A stretch of 51,282 nt of DNA from Chloroflexota bacterium (lineage in GTDB: Bacteria > Chloroflexota > Dehalococcoidia > Lucifugimonadales > UBA3495): the NCBI GenBank assembly GCA_022570905.1, contig JACZYV010000001.1:1-51282 (forward strand). Reading direction: 5' to 3'. The notes under the pieces are model-generated. The model ran no database searches. It was given only the letters and a program-made list of their open reading frames with translations, and was not told the origin of the DNA. Every line of letters begins with the position of its first letter. Within the stretch, counting starts at the first letter, position 1. Both the position numbers and the translations under genes were made by a program. This document shows positions 18,849-27,110 of this stretch, piece after piece.

Positions 18849-20549
18849 TCAGATTCCACGGTCCAGGCGTTCCATCTCCACGGCGAACCAGAGGGCCATT
18901 CCGCCGCTGCGGTCATCAAAACCGAAGATGGCGGGGCGGTCCAAGTACTCCCGGACGTTGTTCTGCACCCCGGTGCTGGCGCAGCCGTCGACCACATTGC
19001 CGACGTCGTCCACCCGTTCCGCCACTCCAGACCAGGCCAGGTCGACAGACTCCCGGAAATCGGCTGAGAGGAAGCCCAGGCGCAGGCCACGGGCCATGGC
19101 GTAGCCCATCATGCAGGTCGCCGTGAATTCCAGGTACGATCCTGGGATGTCCAACACCTGGTTCAACATGCCCGACGGGTGCTGTAAACGGCGCAACGAT
19201 TCCATGAGACGCCCGTACATCGTCACTATCGCCGGGCGTTGGGCGTGGTCCTCCGGCAGGTAGGTCAGGGATTCGGCCAGGCCCATGGCGGCGAACCCAT
19301 TGCCCCGGCCCCAATAGTAGGCCGCCGATCGGCAATGCCAGAACAGGCCGTGGTTCTGCTGTATCTTGCCGTCCAGCAGGAAATTGGCCAGGATTTGTGT
19401 GTACTTGGTGTCCCCAGTTAGCTTGAACGCCCGCCCCAAGATGGCGCCGCTCATGAACATATCTTCGGTGCGGAAATCTGGGTCACAAGGTTTGGGGGCG
19501 CTGCCTTGCCCCCTGGGCTCAAAGCGGTCCGCGGCTTCAATGACCAGGCCGTTATAGCGTGGATCGCCGGTGGCATCGGCTAACTCATCCGCCCAGACCA
19601 CCGACGCCAACGCCGATGGGGCCAGGTCCTGGGGCACGCCTCCCGCCGTGAAAGACTCTATCAAATGAATGATGTCCGGGGCCGGGTCCTCTCCCTTTGG
19701 CTCCAACTGGCGCAACCTAAGGCGCCCGCTGATGGGCACTCCTTGGGTGTAGACAACTGGGTCAAAGGTGTGGCCGTAAGCCGTGGTCAGGACCTGGGCG
19801 ATCTCCGTCTTGGGCCGGCTGCGGCGGGCGTTCAAGGCTATTCGGGCGTCTGACGTGGTCAACACATCCAACTGGCGAAGCATGCTGAACAATCGGCCCA
19901 ACTCCCGCGGCAGTTGTTCGTCGTTGGCCGTTAGGCACAGTCCCGGAATCGTCCCCAGACCGTCGGGTTGTCCGGATCCCAGGGCTGCCAGCAGTCCTTG
20001 CTGGCCTGAGATGGTCCTGGCGGCCAGCCCCGGCGCCAGGCCCTGTGCGGCCTGGTTGTGTTCCCATCGCAGCGAGTCGCCCGACCGCAACTCCAAGACC
20101 AGGTCCGGCGCTTGGAAACAGATCCAACGCCACAGATAGCGCTTTTCCGGGTCCTCCGGGTCGTAGTAGTACCTGCCATCGGGAGGGTAGACACCGGAGG
20201 GGTTGCCGCCCGCGCCGTTGCCCGGAGCAGAGTTCAGGCGCAGCCCATCTGGGTTGGCGCAGGGAATGGCGCTCAGAGCGATGCGCAAGGACATGGCGTC
20301 ACCGCCGCCGGCGAACAGTTCAAGGGCATGAAGGGCCATATCCACGTCAGTCCTGTAACCGGACAACCCGCCCAGCAGCAGTATCCGGGTCCGGGAGGTC
20401 TCCACGGAATAGGCGTTCCGGTCCAGCAACGCTGGTATCTGGCCCAGCGAGCGGGTGACCCCACAGGAAGTGCGGCTCCAGAAGCCCGGCCGGGCCCGGA
20501 TCAGGGTGTCGATCGCGTCTTTGATCGTATCTTCGGTGGACAAATACAC
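18849..20549 (-). CDS. Fusion protein: N-terminal M14/AstE-like domain lacking Zn ligands + C-terminal GH105/GH88 (YteR-like unsaturated glycuronyl hydrolase) domain
   Basis: C-terminal blocks YYWGRGNGFAAMGLAESLTYLPEDH, MLNQVLD and SYLEFTATCMMGYA match the YteR/GH105 pattern. The N-terminus has RILLLGGLSGYRTDV....ALSAIPCANPDGL, an M14-like layout with HxxE replaced by SGYR. Confidence 0.75.
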   Translation of the reverse strand: MYLSTEDTIKDAIDTLIRARPGFWSRTSCGVTRSLGQIPALLDRNAYSVETSRTRILLLGGLSGYRTDVDMALHALELFAGGGDAMSLRIALSAIPCANPDGLRLNSAPGNGAGGNPSGVYPPDGRYYYDPEDPEKRYLWRWICFQAPDLVLELRSGDSLRWEHNQAAQGLAPGLAARTISGQQGLLAALGSGQPDGLGTIPGLCLTANDEQLPRELGRLFSMLRQLDVLTTSDARIALNARRSRPKTEIAQVLTTAYGHTFDPVVYTQGVPISGRLRLRQLEPKGEDPAPDIIHLIESFTAGGVPQDLAPSALASVVWADELADATGDPRYNGLVIEAADRFEPRGQGSAPKPCDPDFRTEDMFMSGAILGRAFKLTGDTKYTQILANFLLDGKIQQNHGLFWHCRSAAYYWGRGNGFAAMGLAESLTYLPEDHAQRPAIVTMYGRLMESLRRLQHPSGMLNQVLDIPGSYLEFTATCMMGYAMARGLRLGFLSADFRESVDLAWSGVAERVDDVGNVVDGCASTGVQNNVREYLDRPAIFGFDDRSGGMALWFAVEMERLDRGI

Positions 20550-20599
20550 CTTCTATATATCTAACCGGTCGATTTTGGCCAGGGGTCCAGGTCCCGCGG

Positions 20600-21985
20600 C
20601 TATGTCGAATTCGTCGACAGCGCCGTCAATTCCCTGGAATCACTCATGCCGTCCGGGCCCAGTATCAGGGCAATCATCTTTTCGACCGCTGCAGCCGGCG
20701 CCCGTTTCAGGGCGTGGCCGGCGCAGTCCCGGAATTTCTCTTGCAACTGCCCGGTGGACAGTGGATTGCCGGGGGAGCCGGCCGGCGGTTCCAGTTTCAC
20801 CTTCGCTGATCTTCCCCCGGCACAGATGACCTCGATCTCCGCCCAACCTTTGGGCGCGCCTTCTCTGCTCTCCGCCTTGACCAAGGCGGACGCCGCCAGC
20901 ACCACAGGGTCGTCGAAGGCCGTGATCTGGTCGATACCCACTCCGCCCAGTGTCAGAGCGCAACCGATCAGGTAGGGCAGGCTGAACTGGGCTTCGACCT
21001 GCTGTTGGGGCCGGACCACGCCCAAGGAGACGCTGTAGCGGGAGGAATATGTCTCCGCATCAGTCCGCACCACCACCGATTCGACGGCATTTCGACCCAG
21101 GTCCAGATCGCCGTGCAGTTTCACCGCCGCGTCGATGTAGCTATGGGTGGGACGGCCGCAGGGATAGGGCTTGAGGCTGATCCGGTCTCCAAAAAATTCT
21201 TCTCCCAGTCCGTCGCTGATGACCGAAAGGTCGTAGCCGCCGGGCTGGTACATCGGGAAGAACCCGAACTGCCCGGCAAACACGTTCGCCGCTCCGGTGA
21301 AGCCCTCCTTGGCGAGAAACACCGAGAGCACCGCGCCGTGGGCCGCCTGGCCGGCTTGGAAGCGCTTGGTCAATGCGCCATCGACGATGCACTGCCGGTT
21401 TCCGGCCGCCTGACTGTAGGCGATGCCAAAGGCGTGGAGCATCTGCTCTTGTGACAAACCCATCAGCTTGCCCGCCGCGGCGGTGGCGCCAAAGATGCCG
21501 AAGCTGGCGGTGCGGTGCCAGCCGCGGTCGTCGTGGGCCGCCAGGGCCAGCCGGCATGTAACGTCCAACCCAAGCGTTACGGCCAGCAGCAACCGGTCTC
21601 CGGTGACGCCTCCCAAGGATTCTCCAACGGCCAGACTCGCCGCCAGGACCGAGACGCCGGGGTGCACGTTCCCCCCTTCATCAAAGGTGTCGTCGAAGTC
21701 AAGGGCATGGCCCATGGCCGAGTTGACCAGCGCCGCGTGATGGGCGGGCATCTTTTTCCCGAGGACCGCCAGGCTCGCCTCTTCCAAGCCGCCCCAACGG
21801 CCGGTCACGGCTGCAAGTTCTTTGATCCCCGGCGCGCCGCTCCCGCCCAGCATCGCGCCGAAGGTGTCCAGAACGTCCCGGCGCGTGGCCTCAAGGCTTG
21901 CCGCGGGAACATCGTCTAGGCCGGTGGCGCACAGATGGGCGGCCAGAGTATAGGCCGGGTCAACCGTGAGCTCGGTGGTTGCCAT
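20600..21985 (-). CDS. MmgE/PrpD family protein (2-methylcitrate dehydratase superfamily)
   Basis: 461 aa. Family-typical blocks MGHALDFDDT, WHRTASFGIFGATAAAGKL and KPYPCGRPTH. Confidence 0.9.
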   Translation of the reverse strand: MATTELTVDPAYTLAAHLCATGLDDVPAASLEATRRDVLDTFGAMLGGSGAPGIKELAAVTGRWGGLEEASLAVLGKKMPAHHAALVNSAMGHALDFDDTFDEGGNVHPGVSVLAASLAVGESLGGVTGDRLLLAVTLGLDVTCRLALAAHDDRGWHRTASFGIFGATAAAGKLMGLSQEQMLHAFGIAYSQAAGNRQCIVDGALTKRFQAGQAAHGAVLSVFLAKEGFTGAANVFAGQFGFFPMYQPGGYDLSVISDGLGEEFFGDRISLKPYPCGRPTHSYIDAAVKLHGDLDLGRNAVESVVVRTDAETYSSRYSVSLGVVRPQQQVEAQFSLPYLIGCALTLGGVGIDQITAFDDPVVLAASALVKAESREGAPKGWAEIEVICAGGRSAKVKLEPPAGSPGNPLSTGQLQEKFRDCAGHALKRAPAAAVEKMIALILGPDGMSDSRELTALSTNST

Positions 21986-21999
21986 GAGTAAAATGTCCG

Positions 22000-22761
22000 T
22001 TACTTCTGGACGATATCAACGTTCACGGTGCGCGACGCCGTGACCGTGAAGGTCAGGGAAGCGGTCCCGCCGCCCTCGGTGCTATCCATCACATGGATGT
22101 TCTCGGGGCCTTCCAGGTAGTTGATCTCGTCGCCCTCAACGCGGAAGGGGCGGTCATGGCCGGGGTAGAAGACGTTGCAGGCCGCAACCATCTTCTCAAC
22201 GCTCTCCTGGGCGTCTTCCACGTCCCAGAAGACGTTGTAGGGCAGGCCTCGGGCCACGGTCCCGCTCTCGGGCATGGCGTCTCCGGCCAATAGGACCTTC
22301 TCCCCGTTGATCTCCGCCAGGACGCTCATGTGGCCTTTTGTGTGCCCGGGTGTCTCGATGATGGAAACGCCGTCCACGATCTTGTCGCCCTCCGAGACCG
22401 TGTCGACCTTCATGTTCCGCATCATGTCGGCCATCCCGGCCGCCACCGCCAGGTCCCACTTGTTGGGGTTGCGGGCGTAGTCGATCTCCGTGGGGTTGAC
22501 CAGCACCCTGGCATTGGTGAACAGGTCGGTGTTCTGGCAATGGTCCCAGTGCATGTGGGTCAGGATGACGATGTCGATGTCCTCGGTCTCCAGTCCCTTG
22601 GCCTTCAGGGCCTTGACCAGAAACGGGCGGCGCGACGACGGGCCGGTGTCGATGAGGATGTTGTGGTTCCCCACCCGGAGCAGCGAGTTGGTGGAGTAGC
22701 CGAAAGACCCCTGGTCGGTGGTGAGAGCGAAGCCGTAAGTCAGTACGTCCAGTGTCGCCAT
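22000..22761 (-). CDS. MBL-fold metallo-hydrolase (lactonase-like)
   Basis: HxHxDH motif (LTHMHWDHC), downstream TPGHTKGH and a final GHD. 14-nt gap to the downstream PrpD gene. Confidence 0.85.
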   Translation of the reverse strand: MATLDVLTYGFALTTDQGSFGYSTNSLLRVGNHNILIDTGPSSRRPFLVKALKAKGLETEDIDIVILTHMHWDHCQNTDLFTNARVLVNPTEIDYARNPNKWDLAVAAGMADMMRNMKVDTVSEGDKIVDGVSIIETPGHTKGHMSVLAEINGEKVLLAGDAMPESGTVARGLPYNVFWDVEDAQESVEKMVAACNVFYPGHDRPFRVEGDEINYLEGPENIHVMDSTEGGGTASLTFTVTASRTVNVDIVQK

Positions 22762-22824
22762 GCTCAGCTTGTTCCTTTCCGGCGGCCAGGACGGCTACCG
22801 GTCCTGATACTCGAAGATTGGGTG

Positions 22825-23940
22825 CTAGCGGAAATTGGGTATGACTTTCTCGGCGAACAGCCGCAGCGAACTGGACACCTGGCCAAAGTCCAGACCGCCG
22901 GCATCCAGATAGCTTATGAAGTTGGTCACGTGATTGTTTTCCAGTTCTTTGATGGCCCGCGTCACTTTCTCCGGGCTGCCGATGGCCGCCATTCCCTCTT
23001 TGGCGCGCTCGGCCAACAGGTCCTTCTCGATGAACGGGTCGCGGACATAGTTCTCGTATCCCTTCAGCCCGCCGGGGGCGGCGGCCATCTCGGAGACCGG
23101 CCTGCGGAGATACTCTCCCATGTCGCCGGCCCACTGCAGACGGGGTGTAAGCAGGTCGATGGCTTCTTGGTCCGTGGGCGAGACGTAGACGTTGCGCACG
23201 GCGGCGATCTCGATGTCGTCCGGGGCCACTCCCTCTTCGATCATGCGCCGGTGATACAGGCTGATCAGGTTCTGGTCCGAATCGGGCGAGGCGGGGAAGA
23301 AGCTGCTGCCCACGGTGAATAGACCCCACCGGTTGGAGACTGCGATCTCCACGGATTCGGGACTGTGGGTAACGGCCATCATGATCGGCGGGGTCGGTTT
23401 CTGGACCGGTTTGGGGATGACCATGACCTCGGGGAAGGAGAAGAATTTTCCGTCGTAGGCGAATCGCTCCTCGGTCCAGGCCTTGATGGTGATATCCATC
23501 CCCTCGATGAACCGGTCCCGGGACTCTGCGATGTCTATGCCGTAGACGTCGAATTCCCGTTTCTGATAGCCGCGGCCAACGCCCACCACCAGCCGTCCTC
23601 CGCTGATGATGTCGATGGTGGCCAGGTCTTGGGCCAGCCGCAGCGGCGCGTGCCAGGGCACGATGCTGCAGGCCACGCCGATCTTGACCCTCTTGGTGCG
23701 GGCGGCGATGGCGGCCAGGAGGCTGTGGGGCGCGCTGATGATGCTGTGCTCGCTGAAGGCATGCTCCGCGATCCAGACCGAGTCGAACCCCAGTTCCTCG
23801 GCCAGCTCCGCGCCCTTTAGGATGTCCTCATAGACTTCCACATCGGTGCGGCTCACCGGGTTTGGGTTAACCTTGTGCTCGTCGGCGTACTGCTCGTGCA
23901 GTTGGGGACGCTGCCCCACGAAGAATGCTCCGAATCTCAT
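22825..23940 (-). CDS. LLM-class (luciferase-like) flavin-dependent monooxygenase
   Basis: MRFGAFF start, GFDSVWIAEHAF, SGGRLVVGVGRGY. ATG 23940 lies 4 nt after the upstream stop and is preferred over the extended track start at 24009. Confidence 0.85.
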   Translation of the reverse strand: MRFGAFFVGQRPQLHEQYADEHKVNPNPVSRTDVEVYEDILKGAELAEELGFDSVWIAEHAFSEHSIISAPHSLLAAIAARTKRVKIGVACSIVPWHAPLRLAQDLATIDIISGGRLVVGVGRGYQKREFDVYGIDIAESRDRFIEGMDITIKAWTEERFAYDGKFFSFPEVMVIPKPVQKPTPPIMMAVTHSPESVEIAVSNRWGLFTVGSSFFPASPDSDQNLISLYHRRMIEEGVAPDDIEIAAVRNVYVSPTDQEAIDLLTPRLQWAGDMGEYLRRPVSEMAAAPGGLKGYENYVRDPFIEKDLLAERAKEGMAAIGSPEKVTRAIKELENNHVTNFISYLDAGGLDFGQVSSSLRLFAEKVIPNFR

Positions 23941-23944
23941 GCTG

Positions 23945-24403
23945 TTATCCCGCGTTCTCGATTTGACTGTAGACCTCGCCCATGCGGGCCACCGAGTCGT
24001 TCTCCACATCGGTGAACCACCGCAGCAACGAACGGGTCAGCGGGTCAACAGACTCGTCCTCCATGGCGGCCTCATACCGTTCCCGCACGCCGGGCGTGGG
24101 CTGCCGAAGCCGCGATTCCTTGAGCCAGGCGATCTTCTCGGCATCGGGTATCTCCGACGAGACGACGCGGACCTTCTCGTCGAACTCCGGGTCTTCGATC
24201 TCGACCGTGGCGAATCCCAGTTCTCTGACCCGGCGGTCGAAGATATCGCCGTGGCTGTACTCCCGGGCCGCCACGAATGACAGGCATTCCTTCAAATCTT
24301 TGTTGGCGGTCTTGTTGGCCCACGCTTCCAGATACACCCCGGCCCGGTTCTCCTGGAGGCGGATGTCATTCAGAAGGTCTACATACTCGGGTTTGGAAGG
24401 CAT
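23945..24403 (-). CDS. Small ferritin-like / four-helix-bundle-type hypothetical protein (152 aa)
   Basis: ATG 24403 is preceded by AGGAG. The sequence has one E...ExxH element (YLEAW...AAREYSHGD) but no clear second ExxH. Function is unknown. Confidence 0.55.
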   Translation of the reverse strand: MPSKPEYVDLLNDIRLQENRAGVYLEAWANKTANKDLKECLSFVAAREYSHGDIFDRRVRELGFATVEIEDPEFDEKVRVVSSEIPDAEKIAWLKESRLRQPTPGVRERYEAAMEDESVDPLTRSLLRWFTDVENDSVARMGEVYSQIENAG

Positions 24404-24469
24404 ATCGGCACTGCTCCTGCGATGGGGATTTTTAGTGGACTCGTCTCTAGACAGAGGGTCGAGACGTCG

Positions 24470-24498
24470 AGTGTAGTGCGCCCGGTATGGGGTGTCAA
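24470..24498 (-). promoter_or_regulatory. Candidate sigma70-type promoter of the ferritin-like/LLM/MBL/PrpD operon
   Basis: On the minus strand: TTGACA (24498-24493), 17-nt spacer, TACACT (24475-24470). A CGTCTC-N13-GAGACG hairpin or operator lies at 24442-24466, right at the expected transcript start. Confidence 0.5.
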
Positions 24499-24590
24499 TC
24501 GGGCGTGGCGCAGGCGCGGTTCGCGCTCGACATATGCTAAGATACCGGCACTTGGCTGGGTCCACTTATTCGCCGCCGGAGAGACGAAAC

Positions 24591-26000
24591 ATGGCACGAA
24601 GTAACAACAGCTACGAGAATGAAGGCCAGATCACCCGCGCGTTGGGCGATTTCGCCGCCAACCTGGAATACGAAGACCTTTCGCCTGAGGTTATCGACTG
24701 GGCTAAATACCTTTGCCTGGACTTCGCCGGTGTCACGTTGAATGGTTCAACCACCGACTCCGCCAAGGCGGTGGTGCAGGCCCTGGAAAGCGTGGGACGC
24801 AGCGGCCCCTCGGTGATCGTGGGAACAAGCGTGCGAGCGCTCCCCGAGTATGCCGCCATGGCCAACGGCACCGCGCACCACAGCATCGAGATGGACGACG
24901 TCACCAACGAAGCAGTCCTCCACGCCGGCGTCACCGCCTTTCCGACGGCCCTGGCCATGGCCGACGTGGCCCAGGTGAGCGGCAAGGAATTCATCGCCGC
25001 GGTGGTGGCGGGATACGACGTCATCGTCCGGTTAGGCCGGTCGTTGAAGGGCGCGGAGCTTTACGCCAGGGGCTTCCATCCCACCGGCACCTGCGGGGCC
25101 TTCGGCGCGGCGGCGGTGGCCGCCCGGCTTCTGGGACTACAGGGCGATTCCTTCGTCCACGCATTGGGCATCGCGGGCAGTCAGACATCGGGCAGCATGG
25201 AGTATCTGGCCCAGGGCGCCTGGACCAAGCGGCTGCACCCCGGCTGGGCCGCCCACAGCGGCATCTGGGCGGCATTGCTGGCCAGATCGGGCTACACCGG
25301 ACCGACAACCATCCTGGAAGGCCGTGACGGCTTCCTACAGGCATATTCGGGGGACCCGGACCCCAGCCTGGTGCTAAAAGACCTGGGCGAGGAGTACCTG
25401 ATCACCCGGACCAGCATCAAACCCCACACCTGCTGCCGCTTCAACCAGGGGCCCATCGACTGCCTGTTGGACCTGAAGCGGACCTACGGCATCAACCCCA
25501 TGGATGTGGCGGAAGTGCGGGTTGGCGTACTCAGCGCCGGCATGAAACTGGTCGCGGAGCCCGTCGACGCCAAACGCAATCCCAAGACGGTGGTGGACAT
25601 GCAATTCAGCATGCCCTTCAGCGCGGCGGTGGCGCTCACCCACGGCAGCGCCTCTTTGGCGGAATACCGGTTGGGGATGCCTGAGAATCCCGAGGTCAAA
25701 CATGTGATGGAGCGGGTCCTGTGCGTCACCGACCCCAAGTTGGACGCCTTGACCCCCAAACAGATGCCGGCCTGGGCCGAGGTGGTCACCACGGACGGCC
25801 GCACCCTGCGCAGTGAGTTGGACTACCCCAAGGGCGACCCGGAGAACCCGGTGACCTGGGACGAGATGAGAGAGAAGTTCGTCCTGCTCTCGGACCCGGT
25901 GATCAGCGCGGAGCGGCAGCAGGAAATCATGGCGGCGGTGGACTCGCTCGAGGAGATGAGCGACGTCCGGCAGTTGGCGGCGTTGCTTTCAACTGAGTAA
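24591..26000 (+). CDS. MmgE/PrpD family protein (second paralog, divergent)
   Basis: HSIEMDDV, FHPTGTCGAFGAAAVAARLL and KPHTCCRFNQ blocks. ATG 24591 is preceded by GGAGAG and is preferred over the track start at 24492. Confidence 0.9.
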   Translation: MARSNNSYENEGQITRALGDFAANLEYEDLSPEVIDWAKYLCLDFAGVTLNGSTTDSAKAVVQALESVGRSGPSVIVGTSVRALPEYAAMANGTAHHSIEMDDVTNEAVLHAGVTAFPTALAMADVAQVSGKEFIAAVVAGYDVIVRLGRSLKGAELYARGFHPTGTCGAFGAAAVAARLLGLQGDSFVHALGIAGSQTSGSMEYLAQGAWTKRLHPGWAAHSGIWAALLARSGYTGPTTILEGRDGFLQAYSGDPDPSLVLKDLGEEYLITRTSIKPHTCCRFNQGPIDCLLDLKRTYGINPMDVAEVRVGVLSAGMKLVAEPVDAKRNPKTVVDMQFSMPFSAAVALTHGSASLAEYRLGMPENPEVKHVMERVLCVTDPKLDALTPKQMPAWAEVVTTDGRTLRSELDYPKGDPENPVTWDEMREKFVLLSDPVISAERQQEIMAAVDSLEEMSDVRQLAALLSTE

Positions 26001-26006
26001 GACCGG

Positions 26007-26852
26007 TCACCTTCGCGCTCGTTCCACCACCCGGAGAATGACGTCCGCGACTAGCCTCGGCTGGTCGCATTGGACGCAGTGTCCGCTTTCCTCGGCGATG
26101 ACCTGCACCCCGGCGGAGGACAAACGGACCAAGTCCCGCTGGGAGTCCAGCCACGATCCGGCCAACCGGTCTCTGATTTTTTCATCGATGAAGGGCGGCA
26201 GGTTTGGCCGTCCGGCCGTGATCACCGTCAGCGGAAGGTCACCGAGGTTTCCAGCAGCCCTCACCTGATCAAGGCTGGCCGCCAGGTCCACACCCTCCGG
26301 GTTGGCCCGCACTGCCCCCATGAACACCGCCATGGTTTGGTCTCCCAAAATCTCGGCGGCACTGACCAGATTATCCTTTTGCAGGCTGTCCACCAGGACA
26401 ACGCCGGCCGTTTTTTCGGAATGCTGGGCGGCGAATAATTGGACGACCAGGCCGCCGTAGGAATGCCCGACAAGAACAACCGGCCCGGTGATCCCGGCCC
26501 CGGCTAGCAGGGAATGAAGGTTGTCGGCGGCGGTTTGGCTGGTGGGCACGCCTTCAGCGGCATCGCTCTCCCCCAGGCCGGACCGGTCGTAGCTGCAGAC
26601 CAAGGTGAACGCGGATACTCGCTCTTCCACCGGCTTCCAGTCGTGAATCCCGCTGGCTAAGCCCGAACTCAGAATCACGGTTGGGTTTCCTTCGCCGGAA
26701 CACCTGATATTGAGCCGGTGCCCGCCTACATCCACCAGCCGGGACTCCGGGCTAAAACTCGCTCCGCACGCCGCGGAAACCAGCAACAGCAGCAGTCCGG
26801 CCACGGCAATCATTTTAAACCTGTGGGGTGATCGAATTGAGAGAATTGCCAT
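26007..26852 (-). CDS. Secreted (possibly lipoprotein) alpha/beta hydrolase
   Basis: N-terminal signal-like FKMIAVAGLLLLLVSAACG with a Cys after the hydrophobic core, and nucleophile elbow VGHSYGG. Confidence 0.85.
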   Translation of the reverse strand: MAILSIRSPHRFKMIAVAGLLLLLVSAACGASFSPESRLVDVGGHRLNIRCSGEGNPTVILSSGLASGIHDWKPVEERVSAFTLVCSYDRSGLGESDAAEGVPTSQTAADNLHSLLAGAGITGPVVLVGHSYGGLVVQLFAAQHSEKTAGVVLVDSLQKDNLVSAAEILGDQTMAVFMGAVRANPEGVDLAASLDQVRAAGNLGDLPLTVITAGRPNLPPFIDEKIRDRLAGSWLDSQRDLVRLSSAGVQVIAEESGHCVQCDQPRLVADVILRVVERARR

Positions 26853-27110
26853 TGGGGTCTAAATGATATCAGGCGGCCACGTGAAACGGTTCAAACAGAA
26901 ATCATCGGTAGAACGTTCCATCCTGCACGGTAAAATATCTTCAAATAAAAAAATCCGGAAACGGCGTAACAACGTATTTTAATAACGGATCACTTCGTCC
27001 AAAATCACGATTCTCAGGCAGAAGCAATCCCCTTACGTCCGCGGGTACAGCATTGTCTGAGCGGCCGCAATTTTTTGTAAGCTATATCAACGGCGCCCGA
27101 GACCTTCTGA

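Noticed and set aside
22196-23329. 377-aa ORF on the minus strand spanning the MBL/LLM junction
   Set aside because: It is out of frame with two well-supported genes (HxHxDH MBL, LLM). Its Arg/Gly/Pro-rich composition is typical of alternative frames in high-GC DNA, and it has no motif.
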